From NCBI GenBank assembly GCA_951406725.2, contig OX597815.1, positions 141,174,001 to 141,238,000 of the forward strand: a stretch of 64,000 nt of DNA. Direction: 5' to 3'. The notes under the pieces were generated by a model, which made no database searches, had not been told where the DNA came from, and worked only from the letters and a program-made list of their open reading frames with translations. Positions 1 to 14,798 of this stretch are shown piece after piece. Both the position numbers and the translations under genes were made by a program. Each line of letters opens with the position of its first letter. Position 1 is the first letter of the stretch. This DNA is from Octopus vulgaris (taxonomy: Eukaryota).

Positions 1-212
1 CTCTGGCTCTGTTAGTATTTCATTAAATTTCTCAACCAGCTTTTTATGTGTTCCTGTCAGGTATTTTAACCAGAAGTTGGGGATCTTATCGTGCCCGGGT
101 GCCTTCCTTTTACTTAGTCTTTGCAGTGCATGGGTGACGTCTTCAGTTGTTATAGGGGTCCAAAGTTATTCAGTTATTGAGTTCGTTATTTTGATAGAGC
201 TTTTCTGAGATC
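1..212 (-). mobile_element. 5'-truncated end of an R4/Dong-type LINE, same family as 54171-57656; continues off the window
   Basis: Aligns by eye to 56407-56610 (KAPGHDKIPNFWLKYL region); abuts a (TTA)n tract at 213-267. Confidence 0.85.
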
Positions 213-267
<55 letters not shown>

Positions 268-305
268 GTTTTTTGTTGTTGTTGTTGTTGTTGTTATCAT
301 TATTA
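213..305. repeat. (TTA)n/(TTG)n microsatellite
   Basis: Seen directly. Confidence 0.95.
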
Positions 306-469
306 TAGGCCAGATGTTGAGCAGCAAGTCGAAAGGGAAAACTTCTATATTTTATAATATATCAGAAGAGTTAAAAGGCTATGTCGATCTAAGCTGGATT
401 GAAGGAACCTGATAAGAGGAATCAATGTGTTGGTTGTAGGTGTGATACGTTACTACGCAGCAATTTTTA

Positions 470-690
470 GAGAAGGGGAGTGTTAATTACATCAACCAAA
501 ATTTGAATCGTTCTTTATTTTTTCAACCCAGAACAGGTGATAGGAAAAGTTGTCCTCGGTGCAATTTGAACACAGAACGTAATTAACTAGAAGAAATAAT
601 AATGGTTTGAAATTTCGGCAAAAGACCAGCAGCTTTGACAGGAAGGGTCTAGTCGATACTATCAACTGCAGTACTTGACTGGTACTCCAT
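470..690 (-). mobile_element. Degenerate SINE fragments
   Basis: Similar to 2035-2212 (aatttgaacacagaacgtaa; gtcgat...cagtacttgactggtact). Confidence 0.55.
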
Positions 691-969
691 ATTGCCCAAG
701 CTAGATGGCTGAGATGAGAAGTTTAATAACAATACGTATAAATATAAGGTTATCAGATACGTATAGTTTCGTGTTTATCGAATCCGATACATAACTAATG
801 TTTTGTTTTAGTTTTTGTTTTCTCAACAGGAAATATTATAAACGAACTCACAGCCATAGGATTTAGAAATTGTATCGTGAAGTTTCGCGTGCGAATGCAG
901 TAATTTAATTTGTAGATATTCCTACTCTACCGCAGGTTACCCTAATCATAATGAAAATTCTGAATGCAG

Positions 970-1033
970 TAATAATAATGATAATAATAATAATAATAAT
1001 AATAATGATAATAATAATAATAATAATAATAAT

Positions 1034-1101
<68 letters not shown>

Positions 1102-1110
1102 TGATGATGA
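970..1110. repeat. (TAA)n microsatellite
   Basis: Seen directly; source of the poly-I and poly-L ORFs. Confidence 0.95.
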
Positions 1111-2034
1111 ACATGATGATATGAATGCAATAATAATAAAAATAATATTAATAATGATAGCAATATTAATCATATAAATGATAATAACAATAAAATTTGC
1201 AGTTACTAATATTGCTATTGCCGTTGTATTGCTTTTGTTATTCTTGTTGTGTCATTAATTTATGTGACGTTTGCTATGAATATCAAACCAGAAGCATTTA
1301 AAATTACAAGTCATTTTTAAAGAAATAATCGTTATAAAATAAATTTATCTTAGAGTTATTTATTTCGTTGTTTGTTTTAAGATATCCGATGAATTAGCAT
1401 TGCGGTGAAGGTGGTGGAACCTGCTATATTATCGCTAGTTCAATTAAGCAGTCTAGTCAAAAGAATTTCTTTTCATGACAGAGATCAAATTTAGGAGAAA
1501 ATAAAGTATAAATTATGTGAAAAGTTTGACAGAGGCAGTAATACTAATTTTGTATAGATCAAACTTCGTGTCTTAGTTGCTAGTTAATATGACAAATTAT
1601 TGGAAAGGTTAATATGTGGCAGCAAATTTATTTTCAACTCTCGCCTATTGTAGAATTAATTTTTTTAATGGGTGATATTTGTACAACGTAATTTTCAAAT
1701 ATTCGTTTTTCTTTGTTTATCATTTAGTCCTTCATAATGTGTTTTCTATAAAACGTTCAGATGTTATCTGAAGGATTTGAATTCATAATTCATTTTCTCA
1801 TTTTCGTACTTGTGATATTTTCACTTGTGATATTTGTCTCTAGAAAAATATCTCTTCATGAATTTCTTAATTTAAAAGAGACATATATCAGTACAGTTGA
1901 GATAAGTATATATATATCAGTAGATATATTCTATTAATATTTTGCTTCTTGTATAAACTATCACTTGGAAATTTATTCTTTATTATTACTATATATTTTA
2001 TTCTACTCAAGGCAGAAGTTCCGTAATTTTGAGG

Positions 2035-2212
2035 AGAGGGGGGCCAGTCGATTATATCGACACCAGTACGCAACTGGTACTTAATTTATCGACCCCGAAA
2101 TGATAAAAGGCAAAGTCGACTGCAGCGGAATTTGAACTCAGAACGTAAAGACAGAAGAAATACTGCTAAGCATTTCGCCCGGCGTGTTAACGCTTCTGCC
2201 AGCTCGCGGCCT
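2035..2212 (-). mobile_element. tRNA-derived SINE (octopus-type)
   Basis: Reverse complement of the family at 7591-7827: A-box-like agctggcagaa, B-box gagttcaaatt, gtcgactttgccttt core. Confidence 0.8.
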
Positions 2213-2229
2213 TACTATTTTACTGAATT

Positions 2230-2440
2230 AAAGCGAGGAACAGGCAGAACTGTTAGCATGCCGGGAAAAACACTTAATAGCATTTCGTGCGTTTACGTCC
2301 TGAGTTCAAATTCTACCGAGATCGATTTTCCCTTTCATCCTGTCGGGTCGATACAATAAGAACCAGATGAACACTGGAGATAATTTAATGTATTTACTCC
2401 TTCCTCAAAATTTTAGCCTTGTGCAAAAGTTTGAAGCCTA
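2230..2440 (+). mobile_element. tRNA-derived SINE, older copy, head-to-head with the previous one
   Basis: ggcagaactgttagcatgccggg...gagttcaaattctaccgagatcgattttccctttcatcc. Confidence 0.75.
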
Positions 2441-2505
2441 TGTTACGCTATATCATACACAGTAAAAATTGTAAAAAAAAAAAAATGACCAAAATATTTA
2501 TCATG

Positions 2506-2680
2506 CAATTACAGCGTGGAAGGTGTTTATAAGCCATTTAAGAAACACACAAAAACCGTTAGATTCACTTCAACATTTTGTGTCAAATATTTTGACAAAT
2601 TAAATTTAAATGTTGAAGTGAATCTAACTGTTTTTGAGTGTTTCTTAAATGGCTTATAGACATCATCCACGCTGCAATTG
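2506..2680. repeat. Fold-back element, arms ~2506-2578 and ~2608-2680
   Basis: caattacagcgtggaaggtgtttataagccatttaagaaacac...ttcaacattt is mirrored by aaatgttgaa...gtgtttcttaaatggcttatagacatcatccacgctgcaattg. Confidence 0.9.
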
Positions 2681-3056
2681 TTTTCGTTCCAGCACACGAA
2701 CTCAGATCAAGTCACTTGCTATGCAAGTACATCTCTGTAGTATTCATCATGTGTTTTATGCCTAATAAATAATATATTTATGTGAATAAATATGAAATAT
2801 AATTATTATAATATTTTATCCGGTACAAATATCCTATATTGTAATAACGATAACAGGAAGGTACTTTGAAATGGGTGTCTTTCTTAAGGATATTAGTACT
2901 GGAGGACGTTGCTTTCCACATGCATTGAATTCAAGTTGCGATACATTTTACCATCAGTTAAAACTGTTATTTCTAAAGCAATTATTACCTCTTTTCTTAC
3001 TTTGTTTTACATATATTAGTACTTACTTTGCGATGAGTTAGGCCTAACGATAACTA

Positions 3057-4276
3057 TAGAGTGCGAGGGATATTTGAGGACAGATTTTGTGTACACTAAA
3101 ACAACTATATTTCAGCATGAATAAATATGTATTTGAATAAACATTTATGCAATTAGTTTTGATAATGATTTTTTAAGTAAATTGTTCTATGAAACCGCAT
3201 TCGACCTCGATGACTGCGTCATTGCTGGCCCGAAACCGCTGTCATGCTGACAGTGTGTCCTTATCCATTTCGGACATCACCTGGACAATGATGACCTTCA
3301 GTGAATCTATGGTATTACGAAGATAACGATTAGTCTCCCTTCCAACAGAGCTCTATGGCGTTCAAATCTGGCGAGTTTTCAGGCCACATATTGGGTATTA
3401 CATAATCGTAAAGATTGTCTGACAACCATTCTTGGGTGACCAGGGCTTTGTGAGAAGGTGCTGAGTCTTGTTGAAACCCTTAGGCCCTTCCATTGCATAC
3501 TTCATCAATCCAGAGCTTGATAACAGTTTCCAGTACGTGAATGTATCCAGCAAAATTAATTCTAAGAATCTGTGGAAAAAAATGGGGAGGCATCACATGA
3601 CCTTCACTACACAGCAATCGTACTAGGAATTTCATGTGCATCAACCTGGGTACTTCTGAAGGATCTGCATATGGCCGCCTATCATGTCTTCTGTTAGAAT
3701 TTTGATCCTGGTTAAAGTTTTTTGCATTAGAGAATAACCAAAGCATGCCTTGTTCATGTGGGTTTTTCACTTTCTTAAGTAAGCGTTTTGAACGGATACG
3801 ATGGTTTGCCTGAGACTTTGCAGACACGAATTGGCCTTTCCTCTTTACATAGGACATGCATCGAATGTTACAATGTACCACAGTTCTGATAGTGCACTCT
3901 GATACCCGAAGTTCTTTAGCAATGAACCTCATTGATCTTCTGGGGTTTTCATTGCTACTGCTTTGAACATGTTGCATAAATTCCGGTGTCCTTTTAGTAT
4001 TTGAGCGTTGTGAAAGTATTTTTCTCTTTGATACTGGTGAACCATTTACATCACAAGCCTACAATTCCACCTGAACCTTGTGCACAAATGATTTTTGAAG
4101 GTTGTTAAGTTCTAAAATACTGAGGTTTGCATGTATAGCAACTATGGCTGCATGTCATCTCATTTCTTGACTTAGCATATCTTGAAGGGGCTACTGATAA
4201 AAGAAATGATGTCTTAAATAATTTGAAGATGTAATGAGCAAAAAATGAAATTTCCTCAAGTACCCCTCGTACCCTG
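3057..4276 (-). mobile_element. Tc1/mariner-superfamily DNA transposon (DD37D/maT-like), decayed transposase
   Basis: Imperfect TIRs (tagagtgcgagggatatttgagga vs rc cagggtacgaggggtacttgagga) flanked by TA on both sides. HTH (RFIAKELRVSECTIR), LFSNAKNF (degenerate FSDEKxF), FQQDSAPSH and WPENSPDLN with spacing fitting D37D. Stops are present and the third D is lost. Confidence 0.85.
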
Positions 4277-4339
4277 TATATATATAATCACTCCTAAATC
4301 TCTGAAAGAGAGACGTTCAGTAACAGTACTCAAAAGTAA

Positions 4340-4717
4340 AGATTATTTGCGAACATAATGTGGAAGTTAGGACGAATGTTACAGTTATTTAGCCCAGGAA
4401 ACACCATCTCCAGCTGGCTATATGACACAATATCTGTGTCCTTATATTTTCGAACAGAAGAGTTCAGCATTCACATTCGAATCAAAGGAATGTCTGCGTA
4501 CCACACTACATAATCGTGCTTCACTCGTTTATTACTATTCTTACTCTAAGTCATATCTATTGTCCAGAAATCTTTGGTCACCTAACTGCGACCTCTTCAG
4601 CGACACTTTCCGTCTTTATGTGTGCTCTTGCCCTGCTTATTACATTCCATTCTCCCAGAAGAGTATAAGCGGAGCAAGACCACACACGAAGACGGATTGT
4701 CACTGAAGAGGTAACAG
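4340..4717 (-). mobile_element. PLE-type terminal repeat remnant with partial inverted copy and degenerate hammerhead
   Basis: 4392-4443 resembles 27861-27912. Imperfect hairpin 4586-4640/4665-4717. Minus strand reads CTGAAGA-GGTC...GACC-AAAG. Confidence 0.5.
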
Positions 4718-4829
4718 ATGTTTGAGGAAAGATTTTTAAACAAAGACGTGAGTTAGAATAATACAGCACTAAACATGTGAAGGACAAATATATAGTGCGT
4801 GTTTATATTTGATAAAAACAAAATAACCA

Positions 4830-4966
4830 TCCCGAAAGAAGAAAAGCTTTGCTCGAACCGTAAAGCTACCTTTCTTTCCTTCCCTGAGCGTCTGCTAATA
4901 CTTTAAATGTACCATGTTCTCGCGTTGTAGCCTTTTGTGCTTGTTCTTCGTTCTTCTCGATTTCCT
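4830..4966 (+). repeat. Interspersed repeat tail (probable PLE terminus) ending in (TA)n; second copy at ~17670-17785
   Basis: Both copies share tgtacca(t/c)gt(t/c)ctc(g/a)cgttgt and an upstream cgaa(a/c)cgt. Confidence 0.5.
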
Positions 4967-5064
4967 ATATGTATGTATATATATATATATATATATAGAA
5001 AATGCTAGAAAGACAGGTCAGTTATTCCTGTCCAAGTTTTTTGTAAATTCTTAAATATCTCCTT

Positions 5065-5108
<44 letters not shown>

Positions 5109-5252
5109 CTACCAGGCAAACATGATTTGTATTGAACTCATAATACTTATTGTAGTCCTCTTCTGAATACTTCCTTGTAAAACGTTTTAAACATTTTCAA
5201 ACCATTCATAGATATTGTCACTCGAGCAGTACCTTACAACTTTACTTTTTAT

Positions 5253-5254
<2 letters not shown>

Positions 5255-5308
<54 letters not shown>

Positions 5309-5428
5309 CATACACATACAAACACACACACACAGACACACACACACATATATATATATATACATACATATAGATATATGTATATATGTATATATATGTA
5401 TGTATATATATATTTATATGTATGTATA

Positions 5429-5512
<84 letters not shown>
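5255..5512. repeat. Compound (TA)n/(CA)n microsatellite
   Basis: Seen directly. Confidence 0.95.
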
Positions 5513-5515
<3 letters not shown>

Positions 5516-6550
5516 CTTGATTTTAATTTGGGTTAGTATTTATTGTAATAGTAATTATATGCATTGCAATATTATCAATATTCCTTACATGATCAATAAG
5601 AATGGCATGTATTTTGTTTAGCGTGCACCAGGAAGTTCATTAAGAGCCGTCTAAATATTCCCATCACATAACAATCAGACCTTAATACATTGAACTTACC
5701 TAGTCTTACCAAATGGAAAGGTTATCTTTCGATGAAAAAGTCTAATGTAATCGCAACATTTCATTAGTTTTCTTGTATTTTCTAAAATATTGATTGAACT
5801 GAATATAGTGCAGCTATCGTTTTGGGCTCGTCAACGTTTTTGATTTTAAATATTCCGAAGACGAAAATATGTCTACTAATTGCAGTTATAATCTCAGTTA
5901 ATTGAAATTTATTCAATATCTTAGATATATGTAAATCTGTACCGTATATATTTCTTCAAGTTTTCATCTGAATTCTCTCGCTGAGAATATGCACCGACAA
6001 TCACTAAAATAAAGTGTTTTGATAATTATTTGATAGTCAGCACTGTCACACTAAGAAATAGGAACTAACGAGTCAACGTGATAAATAGTAAATATTATAA
6101 ATCGTTACGTGTAGTCACGTCACACAATGTGTGGAGTTGTAGTGCTATTTCTTATGTAGAATAAAATGCAAACACTGCAAGGAAAACCAATCAAATGGAA
6201 TGTATTTACTAAATGAGAAGGTGAAGAATCATCTGTTGGCAGTTGCCTGGACAAAGCTTGTGTACTATCAACATCAACTGATACAATTCTTGTGAGGAGT
6301 CTCGAGCACTAAGGCATCAAAACGATCAAGTGTGTTCAGTCAGAAAACCGCAAGAAATAACCAATCTGCAAAAAATACAAACAACTGCAAAATAGAAAAC
6401 GTGACTGGAGTATAAGAGAGACAGATTATGCAAAGATGTATAAAAAGATACGGATAGATATGTAAACACCTTCTTGCTAGCTCGCTGAGAGGACAACTAC
6501 CATAATGAACAAGGCCAAAATATAGGTTTTTGCAGTCATATTCATACGTT

Positions 6551-8719
6551 TGTCATTCAATTTGATAATCTGGTCATTCAAAGACGCGAAAAATGTTAGC
6601 GCCATGAAGTTACTCATTCAAAATCGTTTTACGATCATTAAATTTCTCACTTAGCTCAAATAATTTTGCGTTTATATCTTTTATATCTTGCGTTTATATC
6701 ACCGTCGTGAGCATTCAAATTAGTGGGAATGCGATGAAGCGCTTTTTCGTGGGTTAAATTCGTTTCATAGCAATCAAATTAGCACAATAGCTACTTTCAT
6801 TTTATCTCATGACCTTTGCTATCATAAGCATGTGATTTCATCCATTGTCTTTGCTTTAAACTCTCTATCTTGCCTATGTCTGTTCTATGTATTCTTTTAT
6901 TTTTGCATAGGTACCTGTATTTATAGTTAAAGACTTCATGTAATCGCATTCCAGCCTTTTTAATATTATCAAGGTAACTCACAATTCCAGCAGATGCTCT
7001 TTTGCTGTGGTTTGAAATATATTCTGTTGTGATATGTTTTCTTCCTTTGCATATGTCTTGTTGGGAAAAGTATATATTTCTCTGATTTTGGTGTTATGAA
7101 CACTAAGATAATTTTTGGTTTACAGCCATAATAAGGATAGTTATCATGAGAGGATTTAGCCGTCCATTTCCTGGCGGTTGAGGTATCGCCGGAGGTAGGT
7201 CTGGGTGTATCTATACCAAGAGACACAATTTTCTGGAGTGATAGCATCGATGTTATGCCTTGCGATTTGCTGTATGATATGTGATCGCCATTATACCATT
7301 GTCATACCGGCTTCTTCTGCAGCTCCCGGTCGCCAACCCTTTGCTGCAACTCAGCTCTAGCGAGATCCCACTTGACAGCTGCCATTTTCGTACAATTAAG
7401 AAATGGTGAATAGAGAGGTAGGAGTTCAGACTGATCCGTGGATCGGCGTCAGCTTTGAGCTACGCACGAAATTGTCGCCGCGCGTTTTCGTAGATCATGT
7501 AAACGGATTCATCAGTGGAGAACATTTCAACGCATGCCCCTGGAAAGAGTTTTGTGTAACGGTATCGTTCGCCATCTAGGGCGATTCTAGGGCGGTAAGC
7601 TGGCAGAAACGTTAGCACGCCGGGCGAAATGCTTAGCGGTATTTCGTCTGCGTTACGTTGTGAGTTCAAATTCCGCCGAGGTCGACTTTGCCTTTCATCC
7701 TTTCGGGGTCGATAAATTAAGTACCAGTTACGCACTGGGGTCGATGTAATCGACTTAATACCTATGTCCGTCCTTGTTTGTCCCCTCTGTGTTTAGCCCC
7801 TTGTGGTTAATAAAGAAATAGAAATACGTATCGTTCGCCATCAAGTGGTGAACCAGGCCGATTTCCCTCAACATCACGAACATAACGTTGCAGTTTTTCC
7901 CACACTGAAAGTTGACAACTAGGCGAACATGAAAGCCTTGTGGGTGGGGCTCGACCGAAAGACCACCTGATCCAAATGTTGTACACACAGTAATCAATGA
8001 ATATGCACTACCCGGCGAGATCACTTCCGTGAATCAATGCGCGTACTCATAAGACTTTTGCACAGTTCTTGGGGAAATAAAAGGAGTATTGCCCGATCCA
8101 TACTAATGACGTACCTACGGTCTGCGAGGCGCCACAAGTGTGTGTGCCAGTTGGAGATAATCGATTTGGTGCCCCTCGAAGGCGTCAACAAGCCTTGCCC
8201 TATATTCTTCCGATATACGCTTATACCTAAGGCGTGGCTCCATGATTACAGGGTGGTGTAAGATAAAAGGATATAAAATGCAACTGACACCGACCGGTTA
8301 CGAATGCTGCAATGAAAAAGACTTTCGTGGGCAGAAGAATCACATAATTTGTTTCTTCCTTGTAGCTATAACAAGGTAATAAATGTTGCATGACAAAATA
8401 TGTCATTTAAATTTGTCGTTTTTAGCAGTTACTTCTTAGAAAGTGAATAAAAATACACATGCAAAATTAGTGCTAAATTGAGTAAACTTTTGCCGAACTC
8501 GAATGCTCACGTGCGAATATGAATGCTCGAAACGAGGCTTCCCCGCATTCCAACTAATTTGAATGCTCACGACGGGCATTTATGTTTGAACAATGCAAGT
8601 GCTAAATTCTTTGACCGAAATGCGAAATTGAATGATGAAGCAACGCATTTGAATGAGTAACTTCGTGGCGCTAACATTTTCCGCGACTTTGAATGTCTCG
8701 ATTATCAAATGGAATGACA
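6551..8719 (-). mobile_element. Tc1/IS630-like DNA transposon with long TIRs, decayed, SINE-interrupted
   Basis: 6551-~6750 is the reverse complement of ~8530-8719 (tgtcattc..tttgataatc..cattcaaag.cgc..aaaatgttagcgcca.gaagttactcattcaaa). Minus strand ~7395-7425 encodes LLPLYSPFLN (LPPYSPxLN motif). Confidence 0.75.
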
Positions 8720-9954
8720 GCAAAAATAAATAATATTAAAATTTCGTGCAGTAATATCACTGGCGATAAATGAACCTTTCATAAGAAAATATTTTGCAGA
8801 TGTGACTGGAAGCCTCGAAGGACGCATAAATTATAGCCATGAAATAGATATAACCGAATACTGCAGATGTTGAAAAAAGCGCTGAATCTTTCAAAAATTA
8901 ACTAATAGGTAGCGATTCATGAAATATACTTAGAATATAGACTGTATTTATTATAAATAGTTCAAATATAAGAACATACGTTAAACATATAAGTAGCAAA
9001 ACATTATACACATGAAAATAGTTACCGACAGGGTATTATAATTCCTAACCAAATATCTATTAAAAGCAAATTTTCTAATAACCCTCTCTGACTCTATTTG
9101 TCTGTTTGCCTCTGTCTCTCTGTCTTTCTGTTTGTTTCTGTTTCTTCGTGTCTACCTCACGTTTTATTCTTTTCTGCATGAATCTAACATCGTTAATAAA
9201 GAACACTGCTCTAGGATACAAATACTATGTTTGGACAGTCGTTTGTATGAAGAGAATCTCGAGTTTTACGCTTCAAATGAATCACCGTTAGAAACAGTGT
9301 TACAGACAGGACAGTTATTTACTAGACAACGATATCATATTCGGAGTAAAAACATATGAAGCAAGGCAACATGCCTAAGAAAAAAGATATTAAAAATGCT
9401 AACGTGTTAAAGAAAGTAAGATACGGTGACTGGGCGAAGCATACATTTATAAATACACAGGAAATGGCAATTTATTTAGGGTGCAATAAACAGAACTAAA
9501 AATACATAAGGTTAGTATACTGTATAGAAGCATTAGGTTAATATTTAAAAGAATTAAATTCAAGCGACATAAACCAAGTTACGTATCTTTATTACCGGAG
9601 GCCAAAATGGATAGACGTGATACAATTCGAGAAATCATGTCTTTGTGCTAGATGCGTCATTTCTGAAGAAAGCCGATATCAGCTTCTGTATAGTTCTTCG
9701 CTTGTGAAAGGAAGCAGTATTTGTTGTGTCACACACGAGTGCTACTAATAAAATGTGGCCCAGCAAATCTTATTCTATAGTCAGACGTGGGCAACGAAGT
9801 CACCTTCTACATCTAACTTATATGTTGATAAAGGTTTCGATAACCAAAATGAAACAAAATACCAGCAGAAGGACGGTTGAACCCAACTGAGGCCTGGAGA
9901 CTATCTGGGAATCTCTTAGGGACATAGAAAGATAGTGAACGAAAGCGTCACAAG
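7122..9954. repeat. Left arm of large inverted duplication
   Basis: Reverse-complement match to 14799-17465; ORFs 9132..9359(+) and 15390..15617(-) are near-identical. Confidence 0.9.
7591..7827 (+). mobile_element. Full-length tRNA-derived SINE with 15-bp target site duplication
   Basis: gtatcgttcgccatc at 7562-7576 and 7828-7842; the paralogous site near 17160-17182 is empty. Confidence 0.9.
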
Positions 9955-10611
9955 GCCACTAGGGTGTGGGGACCCCTTAGATTTTGAAATAAAATCCGTA
10001 TGCAATTGATAGCGAAAGGAAAACCTGAAGGTCGGCCGGTTGTTGGTCATAAACGTGAAAAGTAAATACATTCTTGTACAAACATCACTCACTATAACCC
10101 GCAATAACCCACAATAATCAATTATGAACGTTGAGTAAAGTCATGCGCAAAGGCTTGACGAGCTGGAAGCATTAACTACAAACCTCCAATTAAGAGTTTT
10201 GTTAGATCGGTAATTTAATTTTCAAATGGGGAGCGAATAACACACTCGGCAGCAACTTGACTGTAAAGTGTAACTCTCTTTTCTGAGAAAGTGATGCACA
10301 CATGTTCACCATTACGATAAACCTAGAATAAATGATCTTCAGAAACTGGATTTTGCATTCGCTGCAGCATGTACTAAGAGTTTTTGAGTGAATTTCTTAT
10401 TGTGTATAACATAATTTTCATACGAGAAACTTCTAACAATTCTGCCTTAGAAAGAACATCACCTTTTTTGCTTCGTGCAATATATATATATGTATATATA
10501 TTGTCTAATTATATTTACAATATATTTTGTATAATGCCTTTACTGTTATGTAATGGTGTAATAAAGTATTGATTGGGTATCATCTGTTGGTTGATGTTTG
10601 ATTGATTTAAG

Positions 10612-11687
<1,076 letters not shown>

Positions 11688-12724
11688 TGTAAATATATGT
11701 ATAAATATGTGTGTGTGTGTGTATTTGCATTTAAATAGCAATCAAGGAGATATAAACCGCAAAATTAAACACCGATTATTACCAATTAGAAATACTTGTA
11801 ATACAGCTAACACGGAACAACACCAGTATATGGAGTCAGGGCTGCCTTATATACAAAAATACGATAAATGCTCATGCAGAGAAAAATCAAAATGTACTTT
11901 GATGAATCTCTTTATAAATACAAATATTTTATATTAATGTACTGTGCACACAATTAGAGCACTGTATGTTTACCTTGGGTAGATGGCTGATTCATTTAAG
12001 AATCGTTATCGCAACCATGTTGCCAGCTTTAAGACAATCAATAACATACATTCAGCATCTTAGGAAGATTTTGTATTGCGACTGAAGGAGGATGAAATAC
12101 AGCATAACTTGGTTCATAGTAACGTCTGCGAAACCATACAATATAATCTCCAGGAGATGCTGTAACTTCCTTGTCTATACTGTGGACTAACGAGATCATT
12201 AACATAATTTGTGAACGACTCTCGAGATACATTTATACATCCATATTTGTTAACGGTTATTTTTAATACTTTTCTCGCTGGATTGCGTATTCGTCGTGTC
12301 TCTCATTCACATCTGTAAGTTTATTTTTGATCTATATAAATGAAGATATTTCCTCCGTCTGGCTGCTTCTCTTTTTACAAAACGGGACCTTACATTGCGG
12401 AACTATTATTTTAATGAGTTGTATTTATTTATCATCCGTCGAGATACATCTGTACTGACGGATGCGCATGAACCAGTTATTGATTCATCCCCACCCCCAG
12501 GCATGTCGAATTGATGCTAGATGGGTCGAAAAAATTGTCTTGATTAATAATAAATGTTCGAACATTCCACCTTCCGTCTTTCATTTGCCACACACACACA
12601 CACACACGCACATGTATATATATAGTGAGATAGATAGATAAATAGATACATACATACATACACACACATATATATATATATATGTACATATATATACAGA
12701 AATATATATACATATGTATATGCA

Positions 12725-12763
<39 letters not shown>

Positions 12764-12780
12764 TTTTAAATAGTTTAATA

Positions 12781-12957
12781 TTCTTTTAAATATTAAACTA
12801 ATGCCTCTAAATAGTATACTAACCTTATGTATATTTAGTTCTGTTTATTGCACCCTAAATAAATTATCATTTCTGTGTATTTATAAATTTATTCTTCGCT
12901 CAGTCACCCTATCTTACTTTCTTTAACACGTTAGAAGTTTTAATATTTTTTTCTTAA
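12781..12957. repeat. Third copy of a ~175 bp segment of the inverted duplication
   Basis: Matches 15198-15373 directly and ~9376-9553 in reverse complement. Confidence 0.8.
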
Positions 12958-13182
12958 ATGCAAGACAAAGACGAGGAGGGACACTCAATGGAGTCAGCAT
13001 TACTAATGAGCAATTATTTTCATACGAAACTTGCAACCCAATCACCCTTTTGTAAATATCTAATTTTTTAAAGTGGAATATTATCGGAAAATTTATTTCT
13101 ATTCCTTTTTTCAACCATATAATATTATACCAAGGACTTTCTATTTCTTATTCTACTATATATACATACGTTCATACATACA

Positions 13183-13243
<61 letters not shown>

Positions 13244-13995
13244 GCATGCAGTATGTGTGTGTCTATGCATTTATATGCGTATTTGAATACTTAATTGTTA
13301 CAAGAAAAGTTATAACTTGATCAAGTGATAGGTATTATTACAGTTGCTGGAATATGATGGAATATTACTGAAAGCAATTAAGTCTTACGATTTCCCCTGT
13401 CTTAACTTTTCTACAAATAAGTGAAATAAAATCTCGATGCTATTGTTTTCGCTAGGTTTTCTCTCCTTCGCATTACTCAAACTTTTATTAGAGTATTTTG
13501 ACTTACAAATATTATTTCTTCTCTGTTTCACTTCAAATATTGATTTGTTTTCTCAACCGATATTACTACATCAATAAAACATAATTCTATAAAAGTAAGT
13601 TTTAATTCTTTCCACAATTCCATTTATATGAATGTAGATTTCATTTTATTAGAAATATTAAACACTCACGCCAGATATTATCTATAAATGTTTGAGAATC
13701 CTCGATATTCATTTGAGCGAAAATGATGACATTCTATATATAAGCAGACACATCCACATAAATTTAAACGCAAGACATCAATATCATTAGCATTATACTA
13801 ACAGGAAGATATATGTCTATAGATTCGAATACAACTTGAAGCTTCAACAATCGTCACACGACGGAGAAGCATAGATTTACGATTCTAGAAACTTCAGTCT
13901 CTTGTAATTTGTAGACACACTAAATTCATGTATTGAGAATAGTTCCCATTTGTAGATTTATGCTGACAAAAACTTCACTAAGTCATATATATATA

Positions 13996-14001
13996 TACAC
14001 A

Positions 14002-14088
<87 letters not shown>
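13996..14088. repeat. (CA)n microsatellite
   Basis: Seen directly. Confidence 0.95.
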
Positions 14089-14091
<3 letters not shown>

Positions 14092-14798
14092 TACACAGAC
14101 ACTTAAATATATACATATATGTATATATATTTGCTTGAATCACACAATTCGTTTTTCAATTTTGAAATAGGACGTTGATATTTTCCTATGTGTATATATA
14201 TGAAAGTAAAAAATACAAAATATGTTTTCACACAAAATATGTTTCCATAAAATAGATTTATTTAAAAATATTAATGTACGTTTTCAATCGTCGAGTTTTA
14301 CACACAATAAAATGCATAAAAAAGAAAAACCCAGGGAAAAGAAATCACTTCTTTCTTCAAGTTTCTCGTATGAAACTTATTTTATACGTAAAAAGAAATT
14401 TACTCAAAAACTTATATATATTTACTCAAAAACTTATATATATATATAAGTACATGCTGTAGTGAAAAGAAGTTATACATTAGAAAAATATCACATTTTA
14501 ACGACCGAGCTAGATTTCTCCAATCGTTTATATTATCGAAGTCTGGTGCTCCAGCATAACCACCATCAAATGACTGAAACATGTCGTTCCACTTTGGATC
14601 GACTTGTGGCCATGTTTTCGGTAGCACTTCTTTCAAATTAAAGCACAATAAAGCCTACGCAATGAAGTGTCTATGCTGCCGTGCCAGGCGGGGTAAGATA
14701 ATCAAAAGAAACTACTTTCGTTATCATGTTCATACTTAATGAAAGGCCTTGAGCATTTGTTTTCGTGTCTCTGCCTTCCTATTTCGCCTAAAAGCAGG

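Noticed and set aside
830-903. Possible terminal coding exon after acceptor ttttctcaacag
   Set aside because: Short frame (NIINELTAIGFRNCIVKFRVRMQ*) with no recognisable family or partner exon.
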